From: Lama glama
Lineage: Eukaryota
Direction: 5' to 3'
DNA: 64,000 nt
Assembly (NCBI GenBank): GCA_028534125.1
Contig: CM052817.1
Span: 92,816,001 to 92,880,000, forward strand
The translations under genes were made by a program, and so were the position numbers. Position 1 is the first letter of the stretch. Every line of letters begins with the position of its first letter. The notes below the pieces were generated by a model. It was not told the origin of the DNA. It was given only the letters and a program-made list of their open reading frames with translations, and searched no databases. Below are positions 39,266 to 53,430 of the stretch, piece after piece.

Positions 39266-41237
39266 TAATCAGTTTGAGTCCGTGGGTTTATCATTGTCGT
39301 TGACAGTAGTGTTATGCCTTGCTACTAACAAAATGACATAAACTATCATCTGGCCTACCAAACAACAATCAAGTCTTGGTTTTGTCTCTCTGATATACTG
39401 GAAAATAATTAAGATACAGTTTAGATAAATAATACCACATGTTGTTTTAAAAATTAAAAGATTAGATTTTGGACTAATAACATTTGGTGATCCTATATTT
39501 TTATTTATACTGTCTTAATCTCATTGATATCCTTTGTTTCTGTGTTTTGATTCTCGCTAATATTGCCTGCAGTATGTTAGACCATTAAAAATGATTTTTT
39601 TCCACATTTGCTTTGTGCCATTTTTTATGGTCAGTTGTTTTCTTGTTTGGTTCTTAGTTTATGATTCTTGAGTTTCCTCACATATATTCTCAAGTGAGTG
39701 GAATAGAATTCCTAAGCCATTTAACCTAGCCCCAAAGTATAAGTGGAAACTTTTATTCAGAGTAAATGGTTAATCAGAGTAAAAATAAATGGTAGTTCAT
39801 AGAACAGCAAGATCAGTGTTCCCAAATAGTCTTCCACAGAACACTAGATACTAATAGGTATTTCCGAAAGCAGTGCGTAGGTGTGAAACATGCTGCCTGT
39901 CTCGTTCCCTCATTCCTATCTGGGAGAGTTCTGTTACATGTGTGTATGTTAAAAGGTTCTGAAAACCTCCAGTAAAGGAACCTGACTATTTCATTCACTC
40001 CAGATTTGCCTCGCAAATGTTTATTTGAACAAGTATGCCTTTCAGTTATGGGATAGTAGTTTCAGATGAAATACAGTTTGGGATATGCTCATTTAAGTGT
40101 GTTCATATATGTTAACATTGCAGAAAGTTAGGAAGGCTTAGGGCTATACCCCTGAATATTTCTGGTGTGGTTCTAGCTGAGGTCTGTAGTTAATGAAAAA
40201 GAAATACTGGCCTAGATAGACCAGTCATCTGCTGGTTTTTATATCCTTATTTACAAAAACAAAAACAAACCAACTAAACGAATATAGAGTGAGAAAATAG
40301 ATTGTGGAGAAGACTGAGATAAGTTCTTGCTGGGACCTTCCCCTGTTTTCAGTGTTTGTAGTGATACATATAGACGCATTTGCCACTCGCTGACTCTGGT
40401 ACTTAGTGTTAGGCATAAAACATGCTGCCTCTCATTTCCAGTTTCTCTTTCTTCCCGTTTTCTGTTGTCTGGCTTTGTTTCTTAGGTAATCAGGTAATGG
40501 AATATTGATCCATCTTCCATTTCTTTCATGTTTCACTTTGTGGAATCTGAGATGGGTGATTAATATGTCACCATTAATCCTCCCATAGTTTGTGATAAGT
40601 GAATTTCCTGATAGCGTTTCGGGTTGGTATTTTGCTGCTAGATCAGAGCTTTTGTGGTTGGTTGTATTGTAATTTTTAGCTTTATCACTATATTCCTATT
40701 TTTTGTGCTCATTTGATCACTATTTGACAATTCTTTTGGAAGAATGTTTACCTGGGGGCTGTGTTTGTAAATTTTTACCTATGGGCAAACAAAAAATGAA
40801 CCAGATAAGTTGCAGAATTATTATTTGATCTGGTTTGGTTTGAGATGTTCTATGGAAAGAAATAAGCAATACCTTCAAACCAGACTGCCTTTATTGTGAA
40901 TTATAAAATGTTAAATTCATTTTTAAAGCATAGTTTTTTAAAGTCTGTTTTAATTCATCTGAAAAGTCACAAGATTTTAAACTGCTTTAGTGATCATTAG
41001 ATTACAAAGCATAGCGTTCAATTTCTGATTTTAGTACAAATATGAATTAGCATATAAATTCCTCATCTCAAAAGGTCTGACTCAGGTAATGAAATCTCAG
41101 GTATATTCATTATCTTTTTTAAATTATGTAAGCAGTAAACAGTGCTGATCTATTTATTTTTAATAAATAGGAACTTGGGCTAGGTAAAAAGGAATTAGTG
41201 AATACTTGTGTGTACTACTCTGCAAGGCTAACAGTGA

Positions 41238-41375
<138 letters not shown>

Positions 41376-42325
41376 TAAGGATAAGGAAAAGTCTTTGACC
41401 AATGTGTAGTCATTTTTTTCTAAATAGCACTGCTTTGTTCCTTGGTTCAGTTAGTCTGGAGTTATCTGGATTATATATGGCATGTTTTTGTGTGCTTTTC
41501 CACTTACTATCCACCTGTTTTTTACTGCTTCCTTCTTTCTTACTGGGAAATGTACAAGGAATGGAAATTCATTTCATGTTGATCTAAGCAATTTGTTTGT
41601 CAGTGATACCTTTGTAATGTGTCTTAGACTTCACAAAATATTATTTACTATACTGAAAGCCCTGCTTAACTAAGTTTCAGGCTTTTGGTTAAATAAGCAA
41701 CCTACTTTCAAAAGAACCTAGGATTAATTGGTTTTGTAAAGCTTTATGTTTCAAAAAAGAATACAGAGTTAACACGGAAATAATGCTCTTCATTACGCGT
41801 AGTTACATGTAGTTCATTACATGTAGTATCTCTTCATTACATGTAGAATTTTCAAAGGAAATTCATTGTTTGAAAAATAGAAACAGTTTCATTGTGTGAT
41901 GCATTTTGCTTTCTTTTTCACTAAAAATAGTTTCCTTTTTGACCAGTTTTACTGTATTCTGTTGTGTGAATTTATGCTCGGGTCCAAATGTCCATGAGTA
42001 ACATAATATTTATAGTAGAATGTTTATAATAATTTCCCAAGAACATGTAGTTTTCCATCATAAGGCAGACCTTTATATTTTTCTTATCTTACAGAAGCAA
42101 AAGCTAGAATGATTCATAATCATCTTGTGAATTCTTCTTTCTTTATCTTCTTTATAGGATTGTCATTGTTATTATCTTTATTCAAAAGCCATTATATTCT
42201 TCCTTGGTAGCTTCCTTATGTCTAGATTTATCAGATTACTTTTTTTTAATTCAATGGGTTGTATGAGTATGAATGATTTCTTACATGAAGAATACAGTTA
42301 AGTAGAATCATGCATCATTCATTAG

Positions 42326-42832
42326 CTGTACATTCTAGAAAAGTGATTTTTCTGGCCATCTTCTATTTGCCGATTGAGATTCCTCTCCCTTCACTATCCA
42401 CCATGTTTTCCCCTGGGAGCCTAACCAGTGTGTGGGGACTGGATCAATTGCTTTCTTACTTAATGGCTTCTTTTAGGTTCAGCCCATAGAGGACTCTGGC
42501 AAGAGACCTGACGATGGGAGGAAATGATGATCTCTGTGTTAATCCTCCCAGCTTACTCCCTACCAGGTTGTCCCGGTTTGGACGTGGATTTGCCACCAGG
42601 TCCTCTCTGTATGACCAAGTAGTCCTCTCCATACGATTCTCTCTTGGGGTTCTGCACCTCCCTCCCTCCCCTACCTTGTCTCTTCAGGCCTAGGTGTGGT
42701 ATCTCCCATCATCCCTTGATGTTTCTTCTAAGCCCTTCCCTGTGCTTTGTAAATTATCTTTTTTTTTAAACTCTCCTGGATTAACCTCATTTAGTGTATC
42801 ATCTCTTTATTGCTAGAACCCTGAATAATCCA
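42326..42832 (+). mobile_element. LTR33-like ERVL solo LTR in ZNF330 intron 5
   Basis: 3' end TTTGTAAATTATC..TAAACTCTCCTGGATTAACCTCATTTAGTGTATCATCT..AGAACCCTGAATAATCCA. Confidence 0.65.
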
Positions 42833-43711
42833 GAAGATATATTTGAGGATTTACTATCTCACTGGTAATCTATTTTTTTAAGCCCCAAGACATTCTTCCT
42901 GTTTGTCTTTTACCACTTTTGTTACAGAGCCTTGAGTAGTAGAACACTGAATTGAGGTTCAGGAAACCTGGATGTAAATCACAGCTTGGTGCTAACATAG
43001 TTCTGGAACTTGGACTTAGTGTCAGGCCCCTATTCTTCCTCACCTGTAAAGGAAAGACTGTCCGGTCCCATCTCCTTAAGATTTTTTCTAGCTCTTAGTG
43101 TTCTGTAGATGTCATTGTGTTCCTGAAAGGTATAGCCTTAAAGTCTTACCTTGATTGAGAATTGGAGAATCTTACCCTGTCATTTAGTTCCATAAATATT
43201 TTGCTTTAGTTTTTTCCACAAAGAAATGCAATAATGATTTAAACCATAAGTTGCCTTAAAAAAGGATGCTGGCAGAACTTTAATATTTTCTTTCCATTCT
43301 AGAAAAGCTATATGATTATTTTATAAATTACACAGGTAAGAAGGAATTTTTTAAAGTCAGAATTTAGTATGTGAAAAAATTCAGTCTAGTTACCAGAATT
43401 GCTATAGTCAGGAATGCTTCAACTGTGGACTCCAGACTTTATTTGATTTAAAATTCAGTTTGAGAGCAATACTGTCAGCTCTTTGATTTACTTTAATGAT
43501 TAATATTAGGGTAAGTGTATAGTTTCCCCTCTGCTTTATTTTTTGATTTATAGCTTAGATTTGTATAATGTAAATAGCTTTTGGTGAAGTAGTTTGATTT
43601 TCAGGGAATTCTTTAATTTTGGTTTTAGAATTTAGTTTTAGTACATTTTCTTTAATAAAGCCACTCACTATCACTGAAGGTTGGTAAATGGCTAAATGTA
43701 TATAATTCTGA

Positions 43712-43948
<237 letters not shown>

Positions 43949-44321
43949 TAGACTGACTTTGAAACATTCTGGATGCTCTTCTTAAGATATTTTTCAGAAT
44001 ACTGTCAATCCTAAGTACTGGCACTGTTTTGATTGTCAATTTAGTTGGAAGAGGGATTTGTACCAGTAGTAATAGGCAATGGTACGATTATTTACCTATG
44101 CAGGTAGGAGGAGAGTTACAGGAAAGTAAGTATCTCTGAGCATTATGAGTATGATCTGAGTAGCTAGGGCATAGTGGGAGTTTACTCTTTTATGGTTTAA
44201 TTTGTCAGTTTTATTTTAAGCCTTTATCTGAACAAAAAACTGCTGTACCATTTTGACATAAATCTAAAATAATTTGCTATCTTTTCTGAGGAGTTTTATA
44301 GGTATGAGTTTTTAAAATTAA

Positions 44322-44522
<201 letters not shown>

Positions 44523-44649
44523 TAAGTGTTAAACTTAATGAGAAAGGAATCTAGTTTTTCATGTAGCCTCTTATGGATTGTAATTTAATTTAATACATTT
44601 TCTGTTTCTAGAAAAAATTCAGAACACATAGTCCTTTTTTTTTCCAATA

Positions 44650-45026
44650 GGGGTACCAGTGGCCTTTTGGTTGGGTCAGTTCTTCCTTTTGTGGGATTGA
44701 TCGGGCATTGCAGGACTTGTAGCAGTCTTGATCCTGAATGCTAACTGTCATTTTCATCTCCCAGTTATTATAACAAGTAACCACCCTCCTCCCCTACCTC
44801 ATTTCCTAATGTCCCCTGGTAAGTGGTATACCCCTAGTTTGTTCCTGCTTATTGGGTTCGGTGACTCTTAGGCAGGTGTGTGCATCAGAAACACATCTGG
44901 GGTTTTTTTAAAAATATAGGTGCCCAAGCCTTACCCCTGGGGATTGTTTTTAAGTTTGTGGTGGATGCCCAGTATCTTATTTAACTTGTGCATATAATTC
45001 TCATGTATAGTCCAGTTTGAGAACTA
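44650..45026. mobile_element. Adjacent hAT MITEs (MER20-like then MER5-like)
   Basis: GGGCATTGCAGGACTTGTAGCAG, then GTGCATCAGAAACACATCTGGGG...CAGTTTGAGAACTA. Confidence 0.55.
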
Positions 45027-46371
45027 GTGTTACTGATTGGTGATGGTTTCATCTTTACAGATAGATTGCATTTTATTTCTACTCTGTTAATCTCTCAAAA
45101 GGTCAAGTTTTTGATTCAAGTATTACTTGAATCCTGCTTATTGACTGTATATTTTTGGGCAAATGGCCGAATCTTTCGTTATGTATTAAATGAAGATGCT
45201 AATTTTTCAGAGTTCATTGAGATGAGAATTCATGTGAAGCGTAAGTATGGTACCTGGCACTTAGAAAGCCCTTATTAAGTAGTAGATAACATTTCAGGAA
45301 AGACTGAAATTCTAAGTTCACTTCCTTGAATTTGATTCTTGTTCTGATACAAAATCCCTATACTTATCTATAGAGTTGCTAAGTCATCAGTCTAAGACAC
45401 ACACACGCACACACACACCACGTTAATTCTTGCAGTATTTGTAAAGAATATCTCAAAGATTAAAGGAACATCTCAAAGTATTAAGCATTTTTGAGCTGTT
45501 CTTGGGCTTCTGCAGAATGTATAATATAAAAATTGGGCTACTTTATTTGGGGCTTGAGAGCTTTGTGTATTTTATAGCATTTAAACCCCAAAGACAGGCA
45601 ACTGTGAGTTTAAGGCTATAATTCCATCAAGTTTTAGTGATTCAGTAAAAGACAAAGGAAAATAAAGACACTGAATAATTGAAAGGATTTTAAGATCAAT
45701 CTATTAACCATGTCTTTGATACCTCATATTAAAGTCACTCTCATTGCACATAAACAGGTTTCCTTGGCTTACTATAATTTATCCTCTTTACTTTTTTTCC
45801 ATTGCTTTGTTTTTTCTTTGCCATTCTTCCTTTACTAGTTACCATTCACTGTTTGAAATATTTTCTCTGAAATACTGTCCTAATCATACATTTAAGCCCC
45901 AAATAATTTGTTTTTATTCCCTTAATTGGTCACATCTCATCATTTTTGGATTTGACCTTACAACTATGAATTGGAAGATTCAGAAATTCTTTAAAATACT
46001 TATTTACCTGCATAACTGGTGAGAAGGATGTTTTGAGGGGGAAAAAACCACGTGTGTTCTCCGCCTTTATTTTTTTTAATAATTAAAATGGCCGGGGGGC
46101 TTCGAATTTAAATGGCTTATTGTCAGCCAGCTTTGGTGTATCCCAGCCTGCTTTCTTTTAAAATACTCTGAAGATATAAAATAGATACAAAAAGAAAACC
46201 AGGAATGTCACACTATTTTGTAGAATCTGGGAGAAGTGCATTTTTTAATGTAAGTTCAAGATTTTAACTCTTGGGGAGAAAAATTACAGGGCAGTGAACT
46301 GGAGAGTCTGTGTGTGGGATTGAGGTATTTAGGGGAGGAAGACCTGCAGGGCCACATTTCATCCTAGTGGT

Positions 46372-46510
46372 TTGGGTTCCCAGAGGTAAAGGTAAGGGTG
46401 TGATAGAACACGAATTTCTTGGGTTCCCAGAGGTAAAGGTAAGCGTGTGATAGACAACGAATCTTGGGTTCCCAGAGGTAAAGGTAACGGTGTGATAGAC
46501 AGCGAATTTC
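46372..46510 (+). repeat. Minisatellite, 3 copies of 47/45/47 bp, in ZNF330 intron 7
   Basis: Units start at 46372, 46419 and 46464. Consensus TTGGGTTCCCAGAGGTAAAGGTAASSGTGTGATAGA...CGAAT(TT)C. Confidence 0.97.
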
Positions 46511-47861
46511 TTAGGATTGTGTCTTTGTGGCACATCAAAGATTCAGGTGGTGGGAATGGGGAAAGATTCTATATTAGAAATGCCTGGTGCCCACGGAGAA
46601 ATTGGATCGGGTGCTTTGTACTTTCAGTATGTGTTCTGGTTCTGTATTTGAAAGAGACTTGACTTACAGCATTTTGATTATATTTATCCTTTTTTTGACT
46701 GAATGAAGAATGAACCTAAGAACTCTTGGGCATATCTTCAAGTAGATATGACTGAGATTGCAGGTTTTTTCCCCCACCATTGTGAAATAATATAGTTATT
46801 ATTGGAATAATTTGGTATACTTACATATGCCTAACATATAATAAGTACTTGGTTGATTTTTACTTTTATTATTAGCATATAGGACCAGTAATACAACTGT
46901 GTCTGAATTAGTGGTGTTATTGTGGAAGAATGCAGGATAGCTGGACAGAAGCAATAATAATACACATAATTGAGAACATTCTGAGTTAAAAAAAAAATTT
47001 CCTGTTCAGATTGAAAAAGCTCCCCATGAACCAGGCAGACTTATATAAAAGAATCCCCAAGTTAGAAACATCTAGTCAGATATTTGAATTATAAAGATAG
47101 ATATCCTTTTGTTTATTTTTTTAAGACCTCTAAGTAGACTGAAAGTTAATAGTTTATATTCAGACTTTACCAGAGTAAGGTTCAGTTTATTTTCTCTTTC
47201 CTGTAACTCTCCAGTTATTTTTGTCTTCCGTACTTTGGTATATTCAGTTGTGCCAGATGTTTTGGTGTTTCCAAAATATTTGCTAAATACTTAAGTTTAG
47301 ATTTTTTTTCTCATTAATTGTAGATAATGACCAAAATTAATGTGTCTCACTGACTAAAATAGAGATAAAACATTTTGGGATTTTTTTTCCATCTGTTTTA
47401 CTGCCACTTGAACATTATTTTCTGTGTGTAGTCATGCTTTTCCACATGAAGGATTCTGTTCTCTTATCAAAAGTTTGCAAAAAGAAAGGTGTGTGTACAC
47501 CACCAGGAGAGAATATATATTAATGGGGACAATTACTCTTTTAAAAATTTAACCATTATATCAGTAGGGGAATAGTCCAGCCAGTGTCATGGAAAAAATA
47601 TGTTTTGCCATTTCAGTTTTCTAAATGTAATTAATGAAGTTTGCCGTCTCCTAGGTTTGGAGTAATAGAAGGAGATTGGAGGATAATGAGAGCTGTGGAA
47701 GTGAAAGAATGCTGGGCATGTGCAGTTGCTGGTTCCCTTCCATCTGGCTGGGGAGTCCATCTCATTTTATGTCTCTTCTAGGTTATGAGACAGAAAAAAA
47801 TGTTGATAATTGATAGTTTCATTCCCAGTTTGAATCTGGATATTATGTACTTTCCCCACAG

Positions 47862-47908
47862 GTGTTTCATGTAATCGGCTTGGTCAGCATTCCTGTCTCC
47901 GTTGTAAG
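47862..47908 (+). CDS. ZNF330: ZNF330 exon 8: VSCNRLGQHSCLRCK
   Basis: TTTCCCCACAG|GT...AAG|GTATAC, 47 nt. Confidence 0.96.
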
Positions 47909-48520
47909 GTATACTCTTGTATTTTTTATTTTGAGGTTGATTTTAATCCCCATAGTCATCCATCAGCCCTTGGATTACATATCTATAATCAATCTACAAA
48001 GGTCTTAAACGTTATATAGTTTAATTCTTTTATTTTATAGATTGTGGAATTGAAAGCTTAGAGACTTTCCAAAAAGCATCCAGTTGGCTTGTCTCAGAGT
48101 TGACACTAATGCACATGTTTTCTGAATCTTAGTGTTCTTATACCTCAGATTTATGGAGAACATTTGACCAAAATGATGGGAGTACATTTTAATTAATATC
48201 AACATGCACTTGCTTCAGAGAGTTTGAATAAAGTGAAGATTTCCATAATGTTCTGTTTCCTTAGACCTTGTCTTGAGCACTTCCATTTGTCAAAGATCAC
48301 TAAACAGGTGCAGCTGATTGACTTCCTCTCAGAAACATTTCTTTGGTTCTTTCTTATATTCCTAACTCTCTCTTATTCTCTCCCAGCTCTTCTCCAATTT
48401 TGTCTATGCTGTTTCCTCTGCCTTAGATCACTCACCCGTCTTTGCTTACCCTGCTGCACCCCGTTCTCCTTCAGATCTCAGCTAAGACTTCATGTCTCCC
48501 AGCAAGCCTTTCCTGAATCC

Positions 48521-49020
48521 NNNNNNNNNNNNNNNNNNNNNNNNNNNNNNNNNNNNNNNNNNNNNNNNNNNNNNNNNNNNNNNNNNNNNNNNNNNNNNNN
48601 NNNNNNNNNNNNNNNNNNNNNNNNNNNNNNNNNNNNNNNNNNNNNNNNNNNNNNNNNNNNNNNNNNNNNNNNNNNNNNNNNNNNNNNNNNNNNNNNNNNN
48701 NNNNNNNNNNNNNNNNNNNNNNNNNNNNNNNNNNNNNNNNNNNNNNNNNNNNNNNNNNNNNNNNNNNNNNNNNNNNNNNNNNNNNNNNNNNNNNNNNNNN
48801 NNNNNNNNNNNNNNNNNNNNNNNNNNNNNNNNNNNNNNNNNNNNNNNNNNNNNNNNNNNNNNNNNNNNNNNNNNNNNNNNNNNNNNNNNNNNNNNNNNNN
48901 NNNNNNNNNNNNNNNNNNNNNNNNNNNNNNNNNNNNNNNNNNNNNNNNNNNNNNNNNNNNNNNNNNNNNNNNNNNNNNNNNNNNNNNNNNNNNNNNNNNN
49001 NNNNNNNNNNNNNNNNNNNN
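48521..49020. other. Assembly gap (500 N) in ZNF330 intron 8
   Basis: Run of N. The reading frame joins across it without needing another exon. Confidence 1.
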
Positions 49021-49418
49021 TGTCTGATTTAGCTCCTCTGCGCTTCCCTTTCAGTGTCTGGTGTCGTGTAGCTGCCTCTCTACTTGTCTGTGTCCCCAGA
49101 TAGACTCTGGACTCTGTGTGGGTAGAGAAGCTGCTTACCATTATGTCATCAGAGGCTTTGTGAATACTCAGATTTATGAATAAATGTGTCTCACATCATA
49201 TCTTGTGTATACTCTCTGCCCTGTGTTAGTCCATAGTTCACAAGAGTCCTGGTAAAGACCATTTCCCAATCGGGAGTGTGACCAATTACAACAGAACTCT
49301 TAATCTCGGCTCTAACAAAAGTCTATCTTTATGTTTAAATTTCCTTGAAATACTGAGTGATGTCTTCATAGATTTTTTGATGAATTACTTATTGCTTGTT
49401 TTTATTTCTTCTATATAG

Positions 49419-49565
<147 letters not shown>

Positions 49566-50663
49566 TGATTTTGCTTTCATGCTTGAACAAGATTTGTCTT
49601 TTTTTTTTCCTCTTTATATATATATATAAATTTTTTTTTTGCCTTTTCTTCATATTTAAAAAGATGAATGTGTTCTTTTAAGCAAATGGAATTTTGTAGC
49701 CTTGAAAATCTGAGGGTAAAATTTCTCAATTTAACTTAAGAAATACAGTATCAGTCACTTTGATATTTAGCATTTGCTTCAGTTAATGACATAGTGAATA
49801 CTGAAATTTAAGACCAAAAAGAATGAGTTTTCTGTTTTTGCTGAGGCTTCCTTGTTAAATAATTGAGTAGTAATAAATCCTTAATATTCAAGTGCTGGTA
49901 ATCTTCAACGCTTGGAAGTTGGAATTCATATTCTTAGGTGTGTGGAATTTGAGCAGAGATGCTTATTATGTTATACGTCACTACTGTAGGAAATTGTTTT
50001 ATGGTTTTTATGTAACTTTTCTGTGAAGGAATGAGACTACTACAAAAATGCTTGCAGTAATGCAACTCACAGTTTTGTTAAAGAGAATTTGACTCTTTAC
50101 CAGTCATACCAGGATGGAACCATAATTCTAAATGACTCTGATGGTACTTTGTTTAATCAAAGATACACAATGGGGTGAGACGTAATTTTCTTGCACTAAA
50201 CTTTGTGTTGCTGCTAAGGCAGAAGAGGAAGTGAAAGGCTTTGTCTTTTAGGACATCTGAATTACAAAATAGTTCTCTTAAGAAAACGTAATGACATATG
50301 AAATCAACTCCTCTGTGATTTGAAAATAAACTTTTAATCAAGCAAAGGGCATTTTAGTTTTTAACACAGCTGATTTAACTTAGGTATGGAGAGTGCTGCT
50401 ATTCTTTTATTGTTTTCCAACTTTTTCTAGATTTAATGAAATGACACTGTCATCTTTATTATTTATTGTATATGATGTGTATTTAGATTCTGAGTAGGAT
50501 AGAACTGACTGTTATTTCTAAAATCTCCTATCTTTCCAATTAGATATCAAGTGAGGAAATAAGGAAAATGTGACGTTTTCATTTGAGGGTAAAAAGAACC
50601 AGTGAGGTTCACGTAACGTTCTCTGTTGTAGAGGAAAATGAGGATGTAGAGGATTGGAACTAA

Positions 50664-50969
<306 letters not shown>

Positions 50970-51624
50970 AAGAGCTGCTTGCCTGCTGGTGACCTTGTCT
51001 GAGAGGAGTTGGAACGTGTGTGCTTGGTGAGTCATGTGTAGATGTTCAAAAGTATGTACTGTCACTTAGTCACACTTACTGGGGCAAGGAGTAGGGCATA
51101 GCATTTTTATAGGAACTGATAGTCAGGCTTCTAGCATAAGAAAAATGAGTTTTAAATGCAAGATATTTATTGATCCAAGCAACTGAAGTATCATAGATTA
51201 GATTTTTACTGATTTCAGTAATCTAGTAGGTTTGCCGATTAAATACATATACAGGATAAAGGACTAGGATGGTAATATATTTGTTGGAAATTAAATTGCT
51301 GTTTTTATTAAAAACACTGCTTATAAAATCATTTTGTCTGATTTTGTAAAATGTAATGGGTAAAATGAATTGTTATATTTTTCCTTGTTTGTCCACAGGC
51401 TATAAGTCAGATGCTGTATACTAAATTTTCATTAAATGTTCATGTTATCTTAGGTAGCTATACATGTTTTAGCAACTGACTCATTGATCTCTTTCTTCAC
51501 AGTGTATGTCCTGAACAGTACTTGTTATTAATGTCTAAATGTATAGACAGAGGTGACTATTTTTCAGAGACGCAATCAGTATTATTACACAGATGTTTTA
51601 CCCAGGAAATTTCATTTCTCTTTG

Positions 51625-51630
51625 AATAAA
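51625..51630 (+). terminator. ZNF330: Probable ZNF330 polyadenylation signal AATAAA
   Basis: First canonical AATAAA after the stop codon, followed by T/GT-rich sequence (TTTTTGATATTTAATTTCTTGTTCTT). Confidence 0.7.
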
Positions 51631-51759
51631 TCTAGTATTTCACTTACATATTTTTGATATTTAATTTCTTGTTCTTAGTATTTTAAACCTGCTTTGGAAA
51701 GCATCCAGTATTTTTGTACAACTGTTTCATTTTTTGTCTAATGTGTGAAATAGGTAGCA

Positions 51760-53430
51760 GAGATGACTAGCGTGGTAGACACAGAGTGATGCAGCCGGGC
51801 TTGTCATTCCTGGGGGGTGGAGAGCGTTGCTGGCACAAGTTCTAGTGGCCACACTTTACACTGACAGTGAATTGATGGTTTGTTAGAAAGGAAGGCATCA
51901 TCAGACCGGCTGGCATTTGAGAAGTATGGGGAGAACTGTAGCCGGGAGGGTAACAGGATTGGATGGCTGTTGCTAAGCCATCATTATTCCATAGAAACAT
52001 AATGAACAGCTGAGGGCAGTAACAGGCATTAGGAAGCCAGGTGTGGAAGCCAGAGGCCTCTAGACGCGTTTGGAAAAGCCTTCATCTCTTGTGGCAGGAG
52101 AGCCAAGAAAATGAAGGACCAGGCCCAGGACTTAATAGTCTGAGTGGATAACCTTCAAAGACAGTTGCCAATCAAGGCAGGTCTGTTATGCAAAGGTCAA
52201 GGCACTGTTTGGGAAAATCCGGGTCCCTGACAAGTGAGATGGAGACATCTCAGCGGATGCTGCCGAAGATTTTTCCTCCCCAGACTCCTGAACTTTCTGA
52301 GCCTGCAGTCTCAGCCCACTTCTTTCTGTTTAGGTGAAGCACCCCTCATCCACTTCTAAGCTGGATGACAACACAGAGGTCCCTTTCTGCAGGTGACACG
52401 TGCCCCCTTCAGGACTTGCTCTGCCTCCATACCACTAGACCTAGAATTAGAGTTGCACAACTGTAATTGGGGTTAAGCAAAACTTAGCCAGAGAGATGCG
52501 TGGCTGATGAGACAGGAAATAGACTGTACCCCAAAGGAGCTGCTAGAATTGGCCTGTATGTATTGGGAGGAGCTTGAGGGGTATGTCTGAGACTGGAATC
52601 TGGGGGGAGGGGCTGATTTGGAGGGACAGAACATAAAGTTGGGGAGAGTCTGATGACAGCACCCACGTTGGGTCCTTGGGTTGAAGGGTTAGAACTGTCT
52701 TAATAGAATTTAACACCCCAGCTAGGATCCTGCCTGATGTTGTGAACTCTACCAGGATGGCTTCTAGAAACATGGAAAAAGCGGGAGAGAAACTTGGAAC
52801 AGATTCTCCCTGCGAGCCTCCAGAAGGAACACATCCTGCCAACACCTTGATTTCAGGCTGCTCGCCTCCTGAACTGGACAGAGTACATTTCTGTTGTTTT
52901 AAGGCACCAAGTTTGTGGTGACTTGTTACGACGGCCCTAGGCAAATGTCACGGGAAATAAGAGTGGCAGCGGGAGTTGCCATCACTCCCAGATCGACTGG
53001 GGAACATTTTGTTTCCCATCTCTGTGACTCTGGGCTCAGATGGTTACAATTCTGTGTCCTCCAAGGGGGCACCTTTCTTCAGGGTACCCAATATAAACAC
53101 TCCATTGAATTATAAACTGTGTTTGCCAACTTGGCTTTTAATGCCCAGGGACCCAACAGGCAAAAGAAATCACTGACTTGGCAGAGAAAAGCACCTCTCT
53201 TCATCAGGAAGAAGTATGGCTGCTTTTATATGATGGTGACAGAAATTTGAGTGGAATCCAGGTGACTCACTTGAATTTTCTAGGTGCTCCTTTGCCCACT
53301 TGTGTTAGTAAGTGGATGTGACCAAACACGCCAGCCTGTGAAGGGCATGGTGACTTCATCCCTGGGGGTGCTGACTGGGCCATGCCATCAGGTACACCAC
53401 CCAGACTAGCAGAGGTAGTAGCTGTCAGCC
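51760..53430 (+). mobile_element. ERV3-16A3/ERVL-like internal fossil with a nested MLT1 fragment (about 52760-52945)
   Basis: Shares motifs with 31750-32450 (GGCCCAGGACTTAATAG; TCCCCAGACTCCTGAACTTTCTGAGCCTG). MLT1 motif CAGATTCTCCCTGCGAGCCTCCAGAAGGAAC..TTTAAGGCACCAAGTTTGTGG. Confidence 0.6.

Noticed and set aside
46372..46510. CRISPR-like repeat/spacer array
   Set aside because: The apparent spacers are near-identical to each other, the context is a mammalian intron, and there are no cas genes. It is a tandem repeat.
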